Part shown: one piece after another, positions 50,117 to 61,536 of the stretch
Position numbering within the stretch: position 1 is the stretch's first letter
Layout: each line of letters starts with the position of its first letter
Assembly: GCA_963822945.1 (NCBI GenBank)
Contig: CAWGJO010000035.1
Location: 1 to 64,000, forward strand
Source of the DNA: an uncultured Gemmatimonadaceae bacterium
GTDB lineage: Bacteria > Gemmatimonadota > Gemmatimonadetes > Gemmatimonadales > Gemmatimonadaceae
Reading direction: 5' to 3'
Length of the DNA stretch: 64,000 nucleotides
Made by a program: the position numbers and the translations under genes
Notes under the pieces: model-generated
Seen by the model: the letters and a program-made list of their open reading frames with translations, nothing else
What the model was told of the DNA's origin: nothing
The model's database searches: none

Positions 50117-52862
50117 ATGACAAGCACGAATTCTTTTGGCAGCCGCGCGGCGCTCGCCGTCGACGGCAAGTCGTACACCGTCTATCGCCTGGGAGATCTC
50201 GGCGGCAACACCGCCCGGCTCCCCTTCAGTCTCAAGATCCTGCTCGAGAACCTGCTGCGGAACGAGGACGACGCCTTCGTGAAGCGCAGCGACATCGAGG
50301 CGATGATCCACTGGGACGTGAAGGCGAAGATCGAGAAGGAGATCGCCTTCCGCACCTCGCGCGTGCTCCTGCAGGACTTCACCGGCGTACCCGCCGTGGT
50401 CGACCTGGCGGCGATGCGCGACGCGATCACCAAGCTCGGCGGCGACCCGCAGAAGATCAATCCGCTGCAGCCCGTGGATCTGGTGATCGACCACTCGGTG
50501 CAGGTGGACGAATACGGCAGCGCCGCGGCGTTCCTGCTCAACACCGAGAAGGAGTTCGAGCGCAACAAGGAACGCTACGTCGTTCCTGCGGTGGGGCCAG
50601 GACGCGTTCAAGAACTTCCGCGTCGTGCCGCCGGGCACGGGCATCTGCCACCAGGTGAACCTCGAGTACCTGGGCAAGACGGTGTTCGTGAACGACGAGA
50701 CGGGCGAGGCGTACCCCGATTCGCTGGTCGGCACCGACTCGCACACCACGATGATCAACGGCCTCGGCGTGCTCGGCTGGGGCGTGGGCGGCATCGAAGC
50801 GGAGGCGGCCATGCTCGGCCAGCCGGTGACGATGCTGATTCCCGAAGTCATCGGGTTCAAGCTGCACGGCAAGCTGCCGCCGGGCGCCACGGCCACCGAT
50901 CTGGTGCTCACCTGCACCGAGATGCTCCGCAAGAAGAAGGTGGTGGGCAAGTTCGTCGAGTTCTACGGCGCCGGGCTCTCGTCGCTGTCGCTCGCCGACC
51001 GGGCGACGATCGCCAACATGTCGCCCGAATACGGCGCGACCATGGGCTTCTTCCCCTGCGACGCCGAGACGCTCAAGTATCTGCGCCTCACGGGACGCCC
51101 GGAACACCACGTGAAGCTGGTGGAGGCCTACACCAAGCAGCAGGGCCTCTTCCGCACCGACGACATGCCGGACCCGGTGTTCACCGACACGCTGGAGTTG
51201 GATCTGGCCACGGTGGAACCGAGCCTGGCCGGCCCCAAGCGCCCGCAGGACCGGGTGCCGTTGGCGAAGGCCAAGACGATGTACGCCGAGGTGTACCGGG
51301 CCGAGGCGGCGCGCCTCGCGTCCTCGACGCAGGCCACCGGCAACGGCGACACCGCGGCGGCCAAGGCGCGCATGGACGCCGAGGGCGCGGCGCAGGAACA
51401 CAACGAGGTGGACTGCACGCACAACGGGGCGAGCTTCAAGCTGCGCGACGGCGCGGTGGTGATCGCCGCGATCACGAGCTGCACGAACACCTCGAATCCG
51501 AGCGTGATGATGGCCGCCGGCATGCTGGCGCGGAACGCGGTGAAGAAGGGGCTCAAGACGAAGCCGTGGGTGAAGACCTCGCTGGCGCCGGGCTCCAAGG
51601 TGGTCACCGACTATTACGACCAGGCCGGGCTCACCGAGTATCTCGACGCGCTGGGCTTCAACCTGGTGGGCTACGGCTGCACCACCTGTATCGGCAATTC
51701 CGGCCCCCTGGCGGAGTCGATCGCCGCCGCCATCGAGCAGAAGAAGCTGCTCGTGGCGTCGGTGCTGAGCGGCAACCGGAACTTCGAAGGCCGGGTGAAC
51801 CCGCTCACGCGGTTCAACTATCTCGCGTCGCCGCCGCTGGTGGTGGCGTACGCGCTGGCCGGCCGCATGGACATCGACCTGAACACCGAGCCGCTGGGCG
51901 AGGGCAAGGATGGGCCGGTGTACCTCAAGGACATCTGGCCCAACCCGAAGGACGTCCAGGACGAGATCCTGCGCAGCGTGAAGCAGGAATTCTTCAACCG
52001 TGAGTACGCCGACGTATTTAAGGGCGACGACGAGTGGCGCGGGCTCGACGTGCCGCACGGCGAGACCTATGCGTGGCAGGACGATTCGACGTACGTGAAG
52101 AATCCGCCGTACTTCGACGGGATGACCATGACGCCGCCGGGTGTGCAGCCGATTGCCGGCGCGCGCGCCCTGGCCATGCTCGGCGACTCCATCACCACCG
52201 ACCACATCTCCCCGGCGGGCGCGATTCCGCTCAAGAGCCCGGCGGGCGAGTGGCTCATCGCCCAGGGCGTGGAACGGAAGGACTTCAACTCGTTCGGCTC
52301 CCGGCGCGGCAACCACGAAGTGATGATGCGCGGCACCTTCGGCAACATCCGGCTGCGCAACGAGCTGGCGCCGGGCACCGAGGGCGGCTGGACCGCCACC
52401 GAGCCCGGTGGCAAGCCACAGTTCATCTATGACGCGGCGATGGCGTACCAGAAGCAGGGGACGCCGCTGGTCGTGATCGCCGGCAAGGAATACGGCACCG
52501 GGTCGTCGCGCGACTGGGCGGCCAAGGGCACCATCCTCCTCGGCGTGAAGGCAGTGATCGCCGAGTCGTTCGAGCGGATCCACCGGTCGAACCTCGTGGG
52601 GATGGGCGTGTTGCCGCTCGAGATGACCGGCGGCCAGACGCGCCAGTCGCTGGGGCTCACCGGGTTCGAGAGCTACGAGGTACTCGGGCTCGACGACTCG
52701 CTCAAGCCCAAGGCGTCACTCACCGTGCGCGCCACGGCGCCCGACGGGTCGAAGAAGGAGTTCGCCGTCGTGGCCCGCATCGATACGCCGGAGGAGATGC
52801 GCTACTACCGGCACGGCGGCATCCTGTCGTACGTGCTGCGCTCGCTGGTGAGCGCCCGGTAG
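50117..52862 (+). CDS. acnA: Aconitate hydratase A (apparent frameshift near 50580)
   Basis: 'LQDFTGVP', 'DHSVQVD', 'GTDSHTT', 'ITSCTNTSN', '[12 protein letters not shown]', '[10 protein letters not shown]'. Confidence 0.96.
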
Positions 52863-52885
52863 CGGCCGGCGGGGCCGGAACGGTT

Positions 52886-52923
52886 CGTGGGGCGCGGCGC
52901 CGTTGGTGGCGCCGCGCCCCACG
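52886..52923. terminator. Perfect 16-bp GC hairpin between convergent genes
   Basis: CGTGGGGCGCGGCGCC-gttggt-GGCGCCGCGCCCCACG. Confidence 0.65.
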
Positions 52924-52940
52924 TCCGCTTTGGGGGGGCC

Positions 52941-53336
52941 TCAGTCTTCGGCGGCGCGGCGGATGGCCAGCCGCGCCTTTTCCCGCTCGCCCCACGTGGG
53001 CGCGATCTCGCGCGCCGCGGGAATGCACCGCGACTCGGGTACCGCCTGGTTCGGGACCATGGGCAGCCACCCCATGATGCAGCGTGTGATCGCGGCCACC
53101 TCGTCGGGGCTGAGCGCCGACGCGGCCACCGACGGGGGCTCCGTTCCGGCGGGCGGAGGCGGCTGCACCCCCACCAATTGCAGCAGGGCGGATCTGGCCG
53201 CCGAGCGCTGCTCCGCGGTCTTCAGCTTGGCCGTCTGCTGGCGCACCTCTCCGCGGTACATGGCGTGAACCGCCGCGACCACGTCGCGCACCAGCGTCTC
53301 CAGGATCTGATCGAGCTCCGTTTCTATCTGGCTCAT
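52941..53336 (-). CDS. Hypothetical protein
   Basis: ATG 53336 'MSQIETELDQILETLV'; helical, fills the gap. Confidence 0.5.
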   Translation of the reverse strand: MSQIETELDQILETLVRDVVAAVHAMYRGEVRQQTAKLKTAEQRSAARSALLQLVGVQPPPPAGTEPPSVAASALSPDEVAAITRCIMGWLPMVPNQAVPESRCIPAAREIAPTWGEREKARLAIRRAAED

Positions 53337-53539
53337 GCCTGAGGTCCTCTGGGTCGTCGTCGACCATCGTACTTCCTGAAGACCGCGCCACCCCGGCAAA
53401 GGTTTCGTACCGCCCATTCGGGCCCGGGACGGCCGGTGGCGGCACCGGAGGGCGCCGACACGCCAAACTTGCTGGCCCGCATTGCGTTATCCACCACCGA
53501 TCCCCAATTTCCCGCGGTGCTTATCCCGTTGAGGGTTCC

Positions 53540-54136
53540 ATGAACGGTGCAAAGGTCAGGACCGTGGGCCTCGCGTTGGGGCTCCTGTTCGCGGCTGCGA
53601 CGGTGCGGGCCCAGCAGGCCGCGGCCGTCCCCGCGGGTGTTCCGGCGGTCGGACAGATGGCGCCCGACTTCACGGTGCCGGGCGCCACCCGGTACGGGCT
53701 GCTGCGCGACCCGATCCGGCTCTCGGATTTCCGGGGGCAGACGGTGGTGATCGCCTTCTTCATCAGGGCGCGAACCAAGGGTTGAACGGTGCAAATGGAG
53801 GCGTACCGTGATCAGTACGCCAAGCTCTTCAACAACGGGAAGAAAGTGGTGGTGCTGGCAATCAGCACCGACCCCGACACGGCTCAGTATTCCTGGGCCC
53901 GGGATGCGTCGTTCCCCATGCTGTTCGGTAGCGACACCGACATGGCGGTGGGCAAGCTGTACGGAGCCGCCAATGCCAAGTACAAGATCGATCTCCGCTA
54001 TCTGTTCGTGGTCGGCCCCGACGGCCGGATCACGCACCGCATGGTGCCATTCAACGTCCTCTCGGCGGGCGACTACAAGGAGCTGCAGGCCGCGGTGGAC
54101 AGCGCCGCGGGAGTGGGAGGCGCCGGCGCACCGTGA
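53540..54136 (+). CDS. Exported peroxiredoxin-like (AhpC/TSA, BCP-type) selenoprotein; UGA 53783-53785 read as Sec
   Basis: Two in-frame ORFs joined by TGA: 'GQMAPDFT..LSDFRGQTVVIAFFIRARTKG*TVQM...AISTD...DLRYLFVVGPDG'. Confidence 0.8.
53800..53821 (+). promoter_or_regulatory. Candidate bacterial SECIS hairpin
   Basis: GGCGTAC-CGTGATCA-GTACGCC starting 14 nt after the UGA; G in the loop. Confidence 0.65.
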
Positions 54137-54208
54137 TCGGTGTGCCGGACGGGCGCCGGGAACGACGCAGGCGCCGCGGGCCATCGGCGGGCTGATGCCG
54201 GTGGCCCG

Positions 54209-55591
54209 ATGACGGAATCCACGCCGCGAGAGCTGCTGGACACGTTGTTCCGCGCCGCGATCGAGGGCGCGGATCCCGGCGTCGCGACGGCCCAGGCCCT
54301 GGCGACCATTCCCACGGCGCGCCATCAGCGGCTCTGGCTGTTCTCCTTCGGCAAGGCCGCGCATCCGATGGCGACGGCGGCGGTGGCCGCCCTTCAACGG
54401 TCGCTGCTCACCGTGGCCGGCGGACTGATCGTGGCGCCGGAGGACGCGCCCTCGCCCACGGCCAGCGTCGTCTCGCTGCGCGGCGACCATCCGGTGCCGG
54501 GCCGGCATTCGTTCGCGGCCGCCGCACGCCTGGCCGACGCGGCCACCGGCATGCGGAGCAACGACCTCGCCATCGTGCTGATCTCGGGCGGAGCGTCCAG
54601 CCTCATCGGCGCACCGATGCGCGGCATGAGCGAGGCCGACTTCTCGCACCTGTACGAGATGCTGCTCAACAGCGGGCTCGACATCCATGCGATGAACGCC
54701 GTGCGCAAGCGCTTCTCGCGGTGGAGCGGCGGGCGGCTCGCGCTGGCGCTGGCACCGGCGGCGACGTTCTGCCTGGCCGTGTCCGACGTGGTGGGCGACG
54801 ACATCTCGTCCATCGGCTCGGGGCCATGCGTGCCCGATCCGTACCGGGTGAAGGAAGTAATCGACATCCTGCAGCAAGCGCGGCTGTTCCAGCGCATCGC
54901 GCCGTCGTTCCGCGAGCACCTGACCAGTACGCAGCGCGGGCTGGTGCCGGAGACGCCGAAATCCACGCACCCGGCGTTCGCCCACGTGACCGCACGCGTG
55001 ATCGTCAACAACCGCGTGGCCCTGGACGCCGCGCAGGCCAGGGCGGCGGAGCTCGGCATCGAGCAGGTGACCGTGGCCGACGTGCCACTGGAAGGCGCGG
55101 CCGCCGAGGTCGGCGCCGCCATGGCGCGCGCCCTCATCGCCCGCCGCACCCAGGCGGGCGGCAAGGCGTCGGTGCTCATCTGCGGCGGCGAGACCACGGT
55201 GGCCGTTCCGCAGCCGATGCTGACGCCGGCCATGCGCGCGCGAAGCGAATCGGGCGCCCTGCCGCCCATCCCACAGCCGCGCGGCGGCCGGTGTCAGGAA
55301 CTCGCGCTCGCCGCCGCCCAGGTGCTCTCCGAAGCGGGCGAGGCGGCGCACGGCATCACGCTGCTGGCCGCCGGCACCGACGGACGCGACGGGCCCACCG
55401 ATGCGGCGGGCGCCTGCGTGGACGCGCATACCTGGGACGCCATCCGGGAGGCCGGACGCGACCCGGTGGCGGCCCTGCGGGCGCACGAATCGTACGCCGC
55501 GCTCGACGCGGCCGGCGCCCTGTTGCGCACCGGCCCCACGGGCACGAACGTGGCCGACATCATCATCGGTCTGATCTCCGCGGCACCGTAG
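54209..55591 (+). CDS. Glycerate 2-kinase (DUF4147/MOFRL family)
   Basis: 'FGKAA', 'HPVPG', 'LISGGASSL', 'SDVVGD', 'IGSGP', 'GGETTV', 'GTDGRDG', 'TGTNVAD'. Confidence 0.9.
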   Translation: MTESTPRELLDTLFRAAIEGADPGVATAQALATIPTARHQRLWLFSFGKAAHPMATAAVAALQRSLLTVAGGLIVAPEDAPSPTASVVSLRGDHPVPGRHSFAAAARLADAATGMRSNDLAIVLISGGASSLIGAPMRGMSEADFSHLYEMLLNSGLDIHAMNAVRKRFSRWSGGRLALALAPAATFCLAVSDVVGDDISSIGSGPCVPDPYRVKEVIDILQQARLFQRIAPSFREHLTSTQRGLVPETPKSTHPAFAHVTARVIVNNRVALDAAQARAAELGIEQVTVADVPLEGAAAEVGAAMARALIARRTQAGGKASVLICGGETTVAVPQPMLTPAMRARSESGALPPIPQPRGGRCQELALAAAQVLSEAGEAAHGITLLAAGTDGRDGPTDAAGACVDAHTWDAIREAGRDPVAALRAHESYAALDAAGALLRTGPTGTNVADIIIGLISAAP

Positions 55592-55639
55592 ACGGTTCAC
55601 GCCGCGTTTCCCCTTCCACGCTTCACGTTTCACCCCCCA

Positions 55640-56533
55640 TTGCCCCACGCCTGTCTCATCGTGAATCCGGCCGCGGGACGGGGCCGAGGCGCGAAGCTGC
55701 TGCCGAACGTAGCGCGCGCCTTCGCGGCGCACGGCATCACCGACGTGCGCCCCACCACGGCGCCCGGCGACGAGGCGCGGCAGGTACGCGCCGCCGTGGA
55801 CGACGGCGTGCAGACGATCGCCGTGCTCGGTGGCGACGGCACCTGGAGCAAGGCGGCCGCCGAGCTCGCCCGCCTCGGCGCACCCGCCCGGCTGGCGCTC
55901 CTCGCCGCCGGAACCGGCAACGACTTCGTCAAGAATCTGCCCGAGCCATCGGACGACGCCGAGGCGATGGCGCGACTGGTGGCAGGCGAGGGCGAGGAGC
56001 GCCTGGTCGACATGGCGGTGGTGGACGATCAGTGGTTTCTCAACGTGGCGGGATTCGCGTTCGACGTGGCAGTGCTGCTGCGCACCGAGCGGATGTCGTG
56101 GCTGGCCGGCACGGCGCTCTACGCCGTGGCCGCGCTCCGCGAACTGCTCGCCTATCGCGGCCTGCAGGTGTCGGTGGACGGCGGCGCTCCCGGCCGCTAC
56201 CTGCTGCTGGCGTTCGCCAACGGCGCGCACTTCGGCGGCGCCTTCCACGTGGCGCCGGGCGCCCGCATCGACGACGGGATGCTCGACGCGATCGCGATTC
56301 CGGACATCGGACGCGCCGGCCGGCCTGGGCTGCTCGCGCGGGCCGCGCGTGGCACGCACCTGCGCCACCCGCGCGTCACCAGCCGGCGAGCGCCGGCGTT
56401 CACGCTGCGCTTCGACGCGCCGCCGGTGTACGAGGCCGACGGCGAGCTCCGGCGCGCGGCCGCGGCCGAGGTGCGCGTGGAGAGCCGGCCGGGTGCGTTG
56501 CGCGTGGTCGTGCCGCGCGGCGCCGGGCGATGA
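55640..56533 (+). CDS. Diacylglycerol/lipid kinase family protein
   Basis: 'IVNPAAGRG', 'GGDGT', 'GTGNDF', 'FGG', 'DDG.LD', 'DGE'. Confidence 0.9.
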   Translation: MPHACLIVNPAAGRGRGAKLLPNVARAFAAHGITDVRPTTAPGDEARQVRAAVDDGVQTIAVLGGDGTWSKAAAELARLGAPARLALLAAGTGNDFVKNLPEPSDDAEAMARLVAGEGEERLVDMAVVDDQWFLNVAGFAFDVAVLLRTERMSWLAGTALYAVAALRELLAYRGLQVSVDGGAPGRYLLLAFANGAHFGGAFHVAPGARIDDGMLDAIAIPDIGRAGRPGLLARAARGTHLRHPRVTSRRAPAFTLRFDAPPVYEADGELRRAAAAEVRVESRPGALRVVVPRGAGR

Positions 56534-56582
56534 TTTCGCCGGCGCCCTTCCAGCCGGTCTCCTCCGGGTACAACTTTCGCGC

Positions 56583-57512
56583 ATGAGCGCCCAGCCATTC
56601 ACCATCGGCATCGTGCAGGACGCCGCCACCGCGGATGCCGCGGCCTCGACGGCGGCCACCGTCGCGCGCGTGCGCGAAGCGGCCCGCCGCGGTGCGCAGA
56701 TCGTGTGCCTCAAGGAGCTGTTCAACGCGCCGTACTTCTGCAAGGTGGAGCACGCCGAACGGTTCGACCTGGCCGAACCGATTCCAGGACCCACCACCGA
56801 CGCCATGCAGGCGCTGGCCCGGGAACTCGAGATCGTGCTCGTCGTGCCGCTGTTCGAACGGCAGGGACCGGGGGTGTACCGCAACTCGGCCGCGGTCATC
56901 GACGCCGACGGCGCACTGCTCGGCGTGTACCGCAAGATGCACATCCCCGACGATCCGCTCTTCCTGGAGAAGTACTACTTCGCACCAGGCGACGGCACGC
57001 CCGACCCGGCGCTCGCCGCCGACCGCGTGGCGCAGGCCACCGGCTTCAAGGTCTGGAAGACCCGCTACGCCAACATCGGCGTCCTCATCTGCTGGGACCA
57101 GTGGTATCCCGAAGCCGCGCGCATCACGGCGCTGCTCGGCGCCGACGTGCTCTTCTACCCGACCGCCATCGGCTGGCACCCCGCCGAGAAGGCCGAGTTC
57201 GGCCAGGCTCAGGTGGACGCATGGCGCACGGCGCAGCGCGCGCACGCCATCGCCAACGGCGTCTACGTGGCGTCGCCCAACCGCGTCGGGTTCGAGGCCG
57301 AACCGGGCACCGACGGACTGGAATTCTTCGGCCACTCGTTCATCAGCGATCCCTTCGGTCGCCTCATCGCCGACGCCGGCACCGACCCCGACGTCCTGAT
57401 CGCGACCTGCGATCCCGGCGTCATCGAGGACACCCGGCGGAACTGGCCCTTCTTCCGCGACCGCCGCATCGATGCCTACGCCCCGATCCTCCAACGCTAC
57501 CTCGGCGCGTAA
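56583..57512 (+). CDS. aguB: N-carbamoylputrescine amidase
   Basis: 'ELFNAPYFC', 'YRKMHIPDDP..EKYYF.PGD', 'ICWDQWYPEAAR', 'YPTAIG'; adjacent to aguA. Confidence 0.85.
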   Translation: MSAQPFTIGIVQDAATADAAASTAATVARVREAARRGAQIVCLKELFNAPYFCKVEHAERFDLAEPIPGPTTDAMQALARELEIVLVVPLFERQGPGVYRNSAAVIDADGALLGVYRKMHIPDDPLFLEKYYFAPGDGTPDPALAADRVAQATGFKVWKTRYANIGVLICWDQWYPEAARITALLGADVLFYPTAIGWHPAEKAEFGQAQVDAWRTAQRAHAIANGVYVASPNRVGFEAEPGTDGLEFFGHSFISDPFGRLIADAGTDPDVLIATCDPGVIEDTRRNWPFFRDRRIDAYAPILQRYLGA

Positions 57513-58563
57513 GCGCGCCGCGTCGCCCCCCCCGCGCCGGTTCCCCGCCGAGTGGGAGCCGCACGCGGCCACGTGGATCGCGTGGCCGCATCACGAGCCC
57601 GACTGGCCGGGCAAGCTCGACGCGATTCACTGGGTGTACGCCGAGATCGGCCGCGTGCTCGCCGCGCACGAGCCCCTGCAGATCCTCTGCCACGACGACG
57701 ACGTGCGCGCGCGCGCGCAATCCTGCCTCGCCGCGCACGGCGTGACCGCGAACGTTCAGCTGCACGTCGTCCCCACCGACCGGGTCTGGCTCCGTGATTC
57801 GGCGCCGACGACGGTGCTGCACCCCGACGGCAACGTCGAACTGGTGTCCTGGCAATTCAACGCGTGGGCCAAGTACGACAACTACGCGCTCGACCGCGAG
57901 GTGGGCGCCGCCATCGCGCGGCTCACGGGACTCCCGCGGGCCCACGCGCTCCGTCCCGACGGCACGCCGATGGTGCTCGAGGGCGGCGCCATCGACACCG
58001 ACGGACAGGGCACGCTGCTGGTGACCGAGGAGTGCCTGCTGTCCGACGTTCAGGCGCGCAATCCCGGCATGACGCGGGCCGACTACGAGCGGGCGTTCGG
58101 CGAATGGCTCGGCATCCACAAGACCATCTGGCTGGGCGAGGGATGCGTGGGCGACGATACGCACGGCCACGTGGACGACATCGCGCGCTTCGCGGCGCAC
58201 GACGTGGTGGTCCTGGCGTACGAAGAGGATCCCGCCGACGAGAACCACCGCCGGTCGAAGGACAACTTCAAGCGCCTGCAGGCGGCCGGCGGCCGGAAGG
58301 GCGACTTCACCGTCGTCCGGTTGCCCTACCCGCGGGCGGTGATGATGAACGGCGAGCGCCTGCCGGCGAGTTATGCGAACTTCTACATCGCCAACGGCGT
58401 CGTGATCGTCCCGACATTCAACGACGTCAACGATCGCGTGGCGCTGAACGTCCTCGGCGAAGTATTCCCCAATCACCAGGTGGTCGGCATCCACGCCGTG
58501 GACCTGGTGTGGGGACTCGGCACCCTGCACTGCCTCACGCAGCAGGAGACGCGCGCGCAGTGA
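57472..58563 (+). CDS. aguA: Agmatine deiminase (start uncertain)
   Basis: 'PAEWEPH', 'WLRD', 'LEGGAID', 'DDTHGHVDD', 'ASYANFY', 'GTLHCLTQQ'. Confidence 0.92.
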   Translation: MPTPRSSNATSARKRAASPPPRRFPAEWEPHAATWIAWPHHEPDWPGKLDAIHWVYAEIGRVLAAHEPLQILCHDDDVRARAQSCLAAHGVTANVQLHVVPTDRVWLRDSAPTTVLHPDGNVELVSWQFNAWAKYDNYALDREVGAAIARLTGLPRAHALRPDGTPMVLEGGAIDTDGQGTLLVTEECLLSDVQARNPGMTRADYERAFGEWLGIHKTIWLGEGCVGDDTHGHVDDIARFAAHDVVVLAYEEDPADENHRRSKDNFKRLQAAGGRKGDFTVVRLPYPRAVMMNGERLPASYANFYIANGVVIVPTFNDVNDRVALNVLGEVFPNHQVVGIHAVDLVWGLGTLHCLTQQETRAQ

Positions 58564-58730
58564 GGTGACGCCGGTGTGCGGCGCATCACCAGCCGGCGAA
58601 TTCGCCCGTGCCGTGGCGCGGCAACTTCGTTACATTTGGGCGCGTTCCGGCGTTGCCTTCTGGTCCGCCCGTCCGTCGATGGCGACGACGCCATGCTTCA
58701 CGCTCTCCTTTCGTCGTCTCCCCACCTCTC

Positions 58731-59825
58731 GTGAAACAGTTCTTCACTCTGGCTGGTCTGTTCCTGTTGGCTTGCGGCGGGCCCTCCTCCGGCACCGCCG
58801 TCCAGTTCGGGGCAGCGGGACCATGGAAGCAGGCATACGGCGCCATGAACCGGCGCGGCATGGAACTCGCCTACGACCAGATCAAGGCCCGCAGCGACTA
58901 CGCTCAGCACCCCATCGAAATCGACTGGGAAGACGACGCGGCGGACGGGCAGAAGGCGACGACGATCGCCGGCCAGTTCGTGGCAAACCCGTCCGTGGTG
59001 GCGGTCATCGGCCATGTGAATTCCGGCACCGAGGTGGCGGCCGCCAAGGTATACGACGCGGGCCATCTGGTCTCGATGGCCACCACGGCCACCTCGCCGG
59101 CCCTCACCGGCATCTCGCCGTGGGTGTTTCGTGTCATCTCCAGCGATTCGATGAACGGCCTCCACATGGCGCAGTTCGCGAGCAGCCGGCTGGGCAAGCG
59201 GCGGGCCGCGGTGCTCTATGAGAACGACGCGTACGGGCGCGGGCTGGCCGACGCTTTCCGTCGCAACTTCAGCGGCACGGTGGTGGCGTTCGACCCGATC
59301 GCCGAAGGACCGCAGAACTTCGAGCCGTACGTGGCCTATCTGAAAACGCTCGACCCGGACCTCGTATTCGTGGCCGGCACCGACGCCTCAGGCCTCGATT
59401 TCCTGAAGGAGTTCCGGCGTCAGAAGCTCACCGCCACGTTGCTCGGCGGCGACGGCTGGACCACTCTCTCGGCCGACACCGCGCTGGCCGAGGGGGTCTA
59501 TGTGGGCGCGCCGTTCAGCGCCGAGAATCCGGCGCCGGCCGTGCAGAAGTTCGTCCAGGAGTTCCGGGCCAAGTACAACCTCACCCCCGACGGCAACGCG
59601 GCGCTCGGCTACGATGCCACCAACCTGCTGTACTATGCACTCACCAGGGTGGGGCCCGACCGCGAGAAGATCCGCGATTTCCTGGCCAAGCTCAACCGGT
59701 CCACGGCCTGGAAGGGCGTCACGGGGAACATCTACTTCGGCGCCAACGGCGACCCCGTCGGCAAGAGCGTGGTGATGACGATGATTCACCACGGGGCGCT
59801 CCAGGTCGTAGAGGGCACGCCATGA
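58731..59825 (+). CDS. LIV-type (periplasmic binding protein type I) substrate-binding lipoprotein
   Basis: Lipobox 'LLAC'; 'VIGHVNSG', 'TATSPALT', 'ENDAYGRGL', 'LGGDG', 'GYDA', 'GVTG.I.F...GD'. Confidence 0.88.
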   Translation: MKQFFTLAGLFLLACGGPSSGTAVQFGAAGPWKQAYGAMNRRGMELAYDQIKARSDYAQHPIEIDWEDDAADGQKATTIAGQFVANPSVVAVIGHVNSGTEVAAAKVYDAGHLVSMATTATSPALTGISPWVFRVISSDSMNGLHMAQFASSRLGKRRAAVLYENDAYGRGLADAFRRNFSGTVVAFDPIAEGPQNFEPYVAYLKTLDPDLVFVAGTDASGLDFLKEFRRQKLTATLLGGDGWTTLSADTALAEGVYVGAPFSAENPAPAVQKFVQEFRAKYNLTPDGNAALGYDATNLLYYALTRVGPDREKIRDFLAKLNRSTAWKGVTGNIYFGANGDPVGKSVVMTMIHHGALQVVEGTP

Positions 59826-61534
59826 ACGTCGCCGTGGGGCCACTCGGCACCATCCGCGGACGCCTCTGGGTCGGGTTCGGCTTTCTCGTCACGCTGCTCG
59901 TGATCGCCGGCGCCGTGGCGCGCAGTTCCATGGGTACGCTGGCCGACACGATGACGTCGACGCTCACCTCGGTGCAGGAGGAGTCGCACCTCGCCTCGCA
60001 GCTCTCCGGCGCCGTGGCGCAGACACTCGAGGCCGGCGCCCAGTACGTCCAGACGCGCGACTCCACCGCCGAACGCATCTTCCGCGACCAGGGCTGGACG
60101 GCGCACACCATCCAGCGCGAGATGAACGACCGGCCCGGCCAGACCGCCGAGGAGATCGGCGTGCTGGCGGCCATCGACGCGCAACTCTCCGATCTCGAGG
60201 TGAAGTACACGCTCGCCCACCGGCTGGCCGACCTCGGCCGCATGCCGGAGGCGCGCGCCGCCGCCGCGCGCGCATACGCCGTGGTCGATCCGCTGCTCAC
60301 CAGCATCAACCGCCTGGCGCAGCTCAAGGCGCGGAAGGTCGCGGCGGCATCGACGCACCTGGCCGCCGAGACGAGACGCCGCGCCACCCTCATGCTCGGG
60401 CTCATCGGGCTGGCCCTGGTGATCGGCGTGACGGTCGTGGTGCTCACCGTGTCGTCGGTGAGCCGCCCGCTCAACGCCCTGCTCGCGCACGCCGACCGGC
60501 TGAGCCACGGCGACCTGACGGCGCGCACCACGGCCGCGATGCCGGGCGAGTTCCAGATCCTGGCCGACGCCATGAACCGCACCGGCGATTCCCTGTCGCG
60601 CGTGGTGGCCGCCGCGGCCCGTACCTCGGAGAGCGTCTCCAGTTCGGCGCACCAGCTGTCGTCGGTGTCCGAGGAGATCGCCGTGTCGGCGGGCCACATG
60701 GCGAACGCGATGGCCGAAGTGTCGCACGGCGCCGAGACACAGGTGCACCAGCTCCACGAGGTGGACGAGACGCTGACCGCCGTGCGCAACACGTCGGGCG
60801 AGGTGAAGGCCCGCGCCGACGAGGTCCAGGAGCTGGCGGCCAACATCGAGCGCTCGGCCGGCGAGAAGCGCGTCGAGATCGAACGGGCGCTGGGCATCCT
60901 GGCCGACGTGAAGACGAGCGTGGAGCAGGCGGCCGCCGAGGTGGCGGCCCTCACCACCGCCGCCGCCGACATCACGCGGTTCGTGCACTCGGTGAGCCAG
61001 ATCGCCGAGCAGACCAACCTGCTGGCGTTGAACGCGGCCATCGAGGCCGCCCGCGCCGGCGAGGCCGGCCGCGGGTTCGCCGTCGTGGCCGACGAGGTCC
61101 GCAAGCTCGCCGAGCAGTCGCAGAAGGCCGCGCAGGACGTGGTGCAGATCACCGGCCACGTGACCACGCGCGTGGCCACCAGCGCCAGGGCCATGGAATC
61201 GGGCGCCCTGCGCGTGGTGGAGATCGAACGGGTGTCGCGGGAGATCGACGACGCCCTGCAGATCATCACCGACGCCGCGGGCCGTACGCGCAGTGCGGCG
61301 AGCGGCGTGTCGAAGGCGGCCCAGCAGAACGCGGGCGCCGTGGCCAGCGCCAGCGCCGGGCTCGACGCCATCGCCAAGACCGCCGAGAACCACGCCGCCG
61401 CCGCCGAGGAGGTCAATGCCTCCACCGAGGAACAGAGTGCGGCGTGCGAGGAGATGACCTCGGCCAGCAACGTGCTCCTGCAGGAGAGCACGCAGTTGAA
61501 GGATCTGGTCGGGGGACTCAAGACGGGGGCCTAG
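59822..61534 (+). CDS. Methyl-accepting chemotaxis protein (2 TM, four-helix periplasmic domain, HAMP, signalling domain)
   Basis: '[38 protein letters not shown]'. Confidence 0.95.
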   Translation: MNVAVGPLGTIRGRLWVGFGFLVTLLVIAGAVARSSMGTLADTMTSTLTSVQEESHLASQLSGAVAQTLEAGAQYVQTRDSTAERIFRDQGWTAHTIQREMNDRPGQTAEEIGVLAAIDAQLSDLEVKYTLAHRLADLGRMPEARAAAARAYAVVDPLLTSINRLAQLKARKVAAASTHLAAETRRRATLMLGLIGLALVIGVTVVVLTVSSVSRPLNALLAHADRLSHGDLTARTTAAMPGEFQILADAMNRTGDSLSRVVAAAARTSESVSSSAHQLSSVSEEIAVSAGHMANAMAEVSHGAETQVHQLHEVDETLTAVRNTSGEVKARADEVQELAANIERSAGEKRVEIERALGILADVKTSVEQAAAEVAALTTAAADITRFVHSVSQIAEQTNLLALNAAIEAARAGEAGRGFAVVADEVRKLAEQSQKAAQDVVQITGHVTTRVATSARAMESGALRVVEIERVSREIDDALQIITDAAGRTRSAASGVSKAAQQNAGAVASASAGLDAIAKTAENHAAAAEEVNASTEEQSAACEEMTSASNVLLQESTQLKDLVGGLKTGA

Positions 61535-61536
61535 GC

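Noticed and set aside
53487..53495. DnaA-box-like TTATCCACC
   Set aside because: Single 8/9 match, with no cluster or AT-rich unwinding region.
55597..55639. Degenerate TTCACG-like heptamer run between the glycerate kinase and DAGK genes
   Set aside because: Only about 4-5 poor units; too weak to call on its own.
53333..56944. Very long alternative-frame ORFs (e.g. 1203 aa here, also 32076-34874 and 47291-50101)
   Set aside because: Antisense shadows of real genes in high-GC DNA; Arg/Ala/Gly-rich with no domain motifs.
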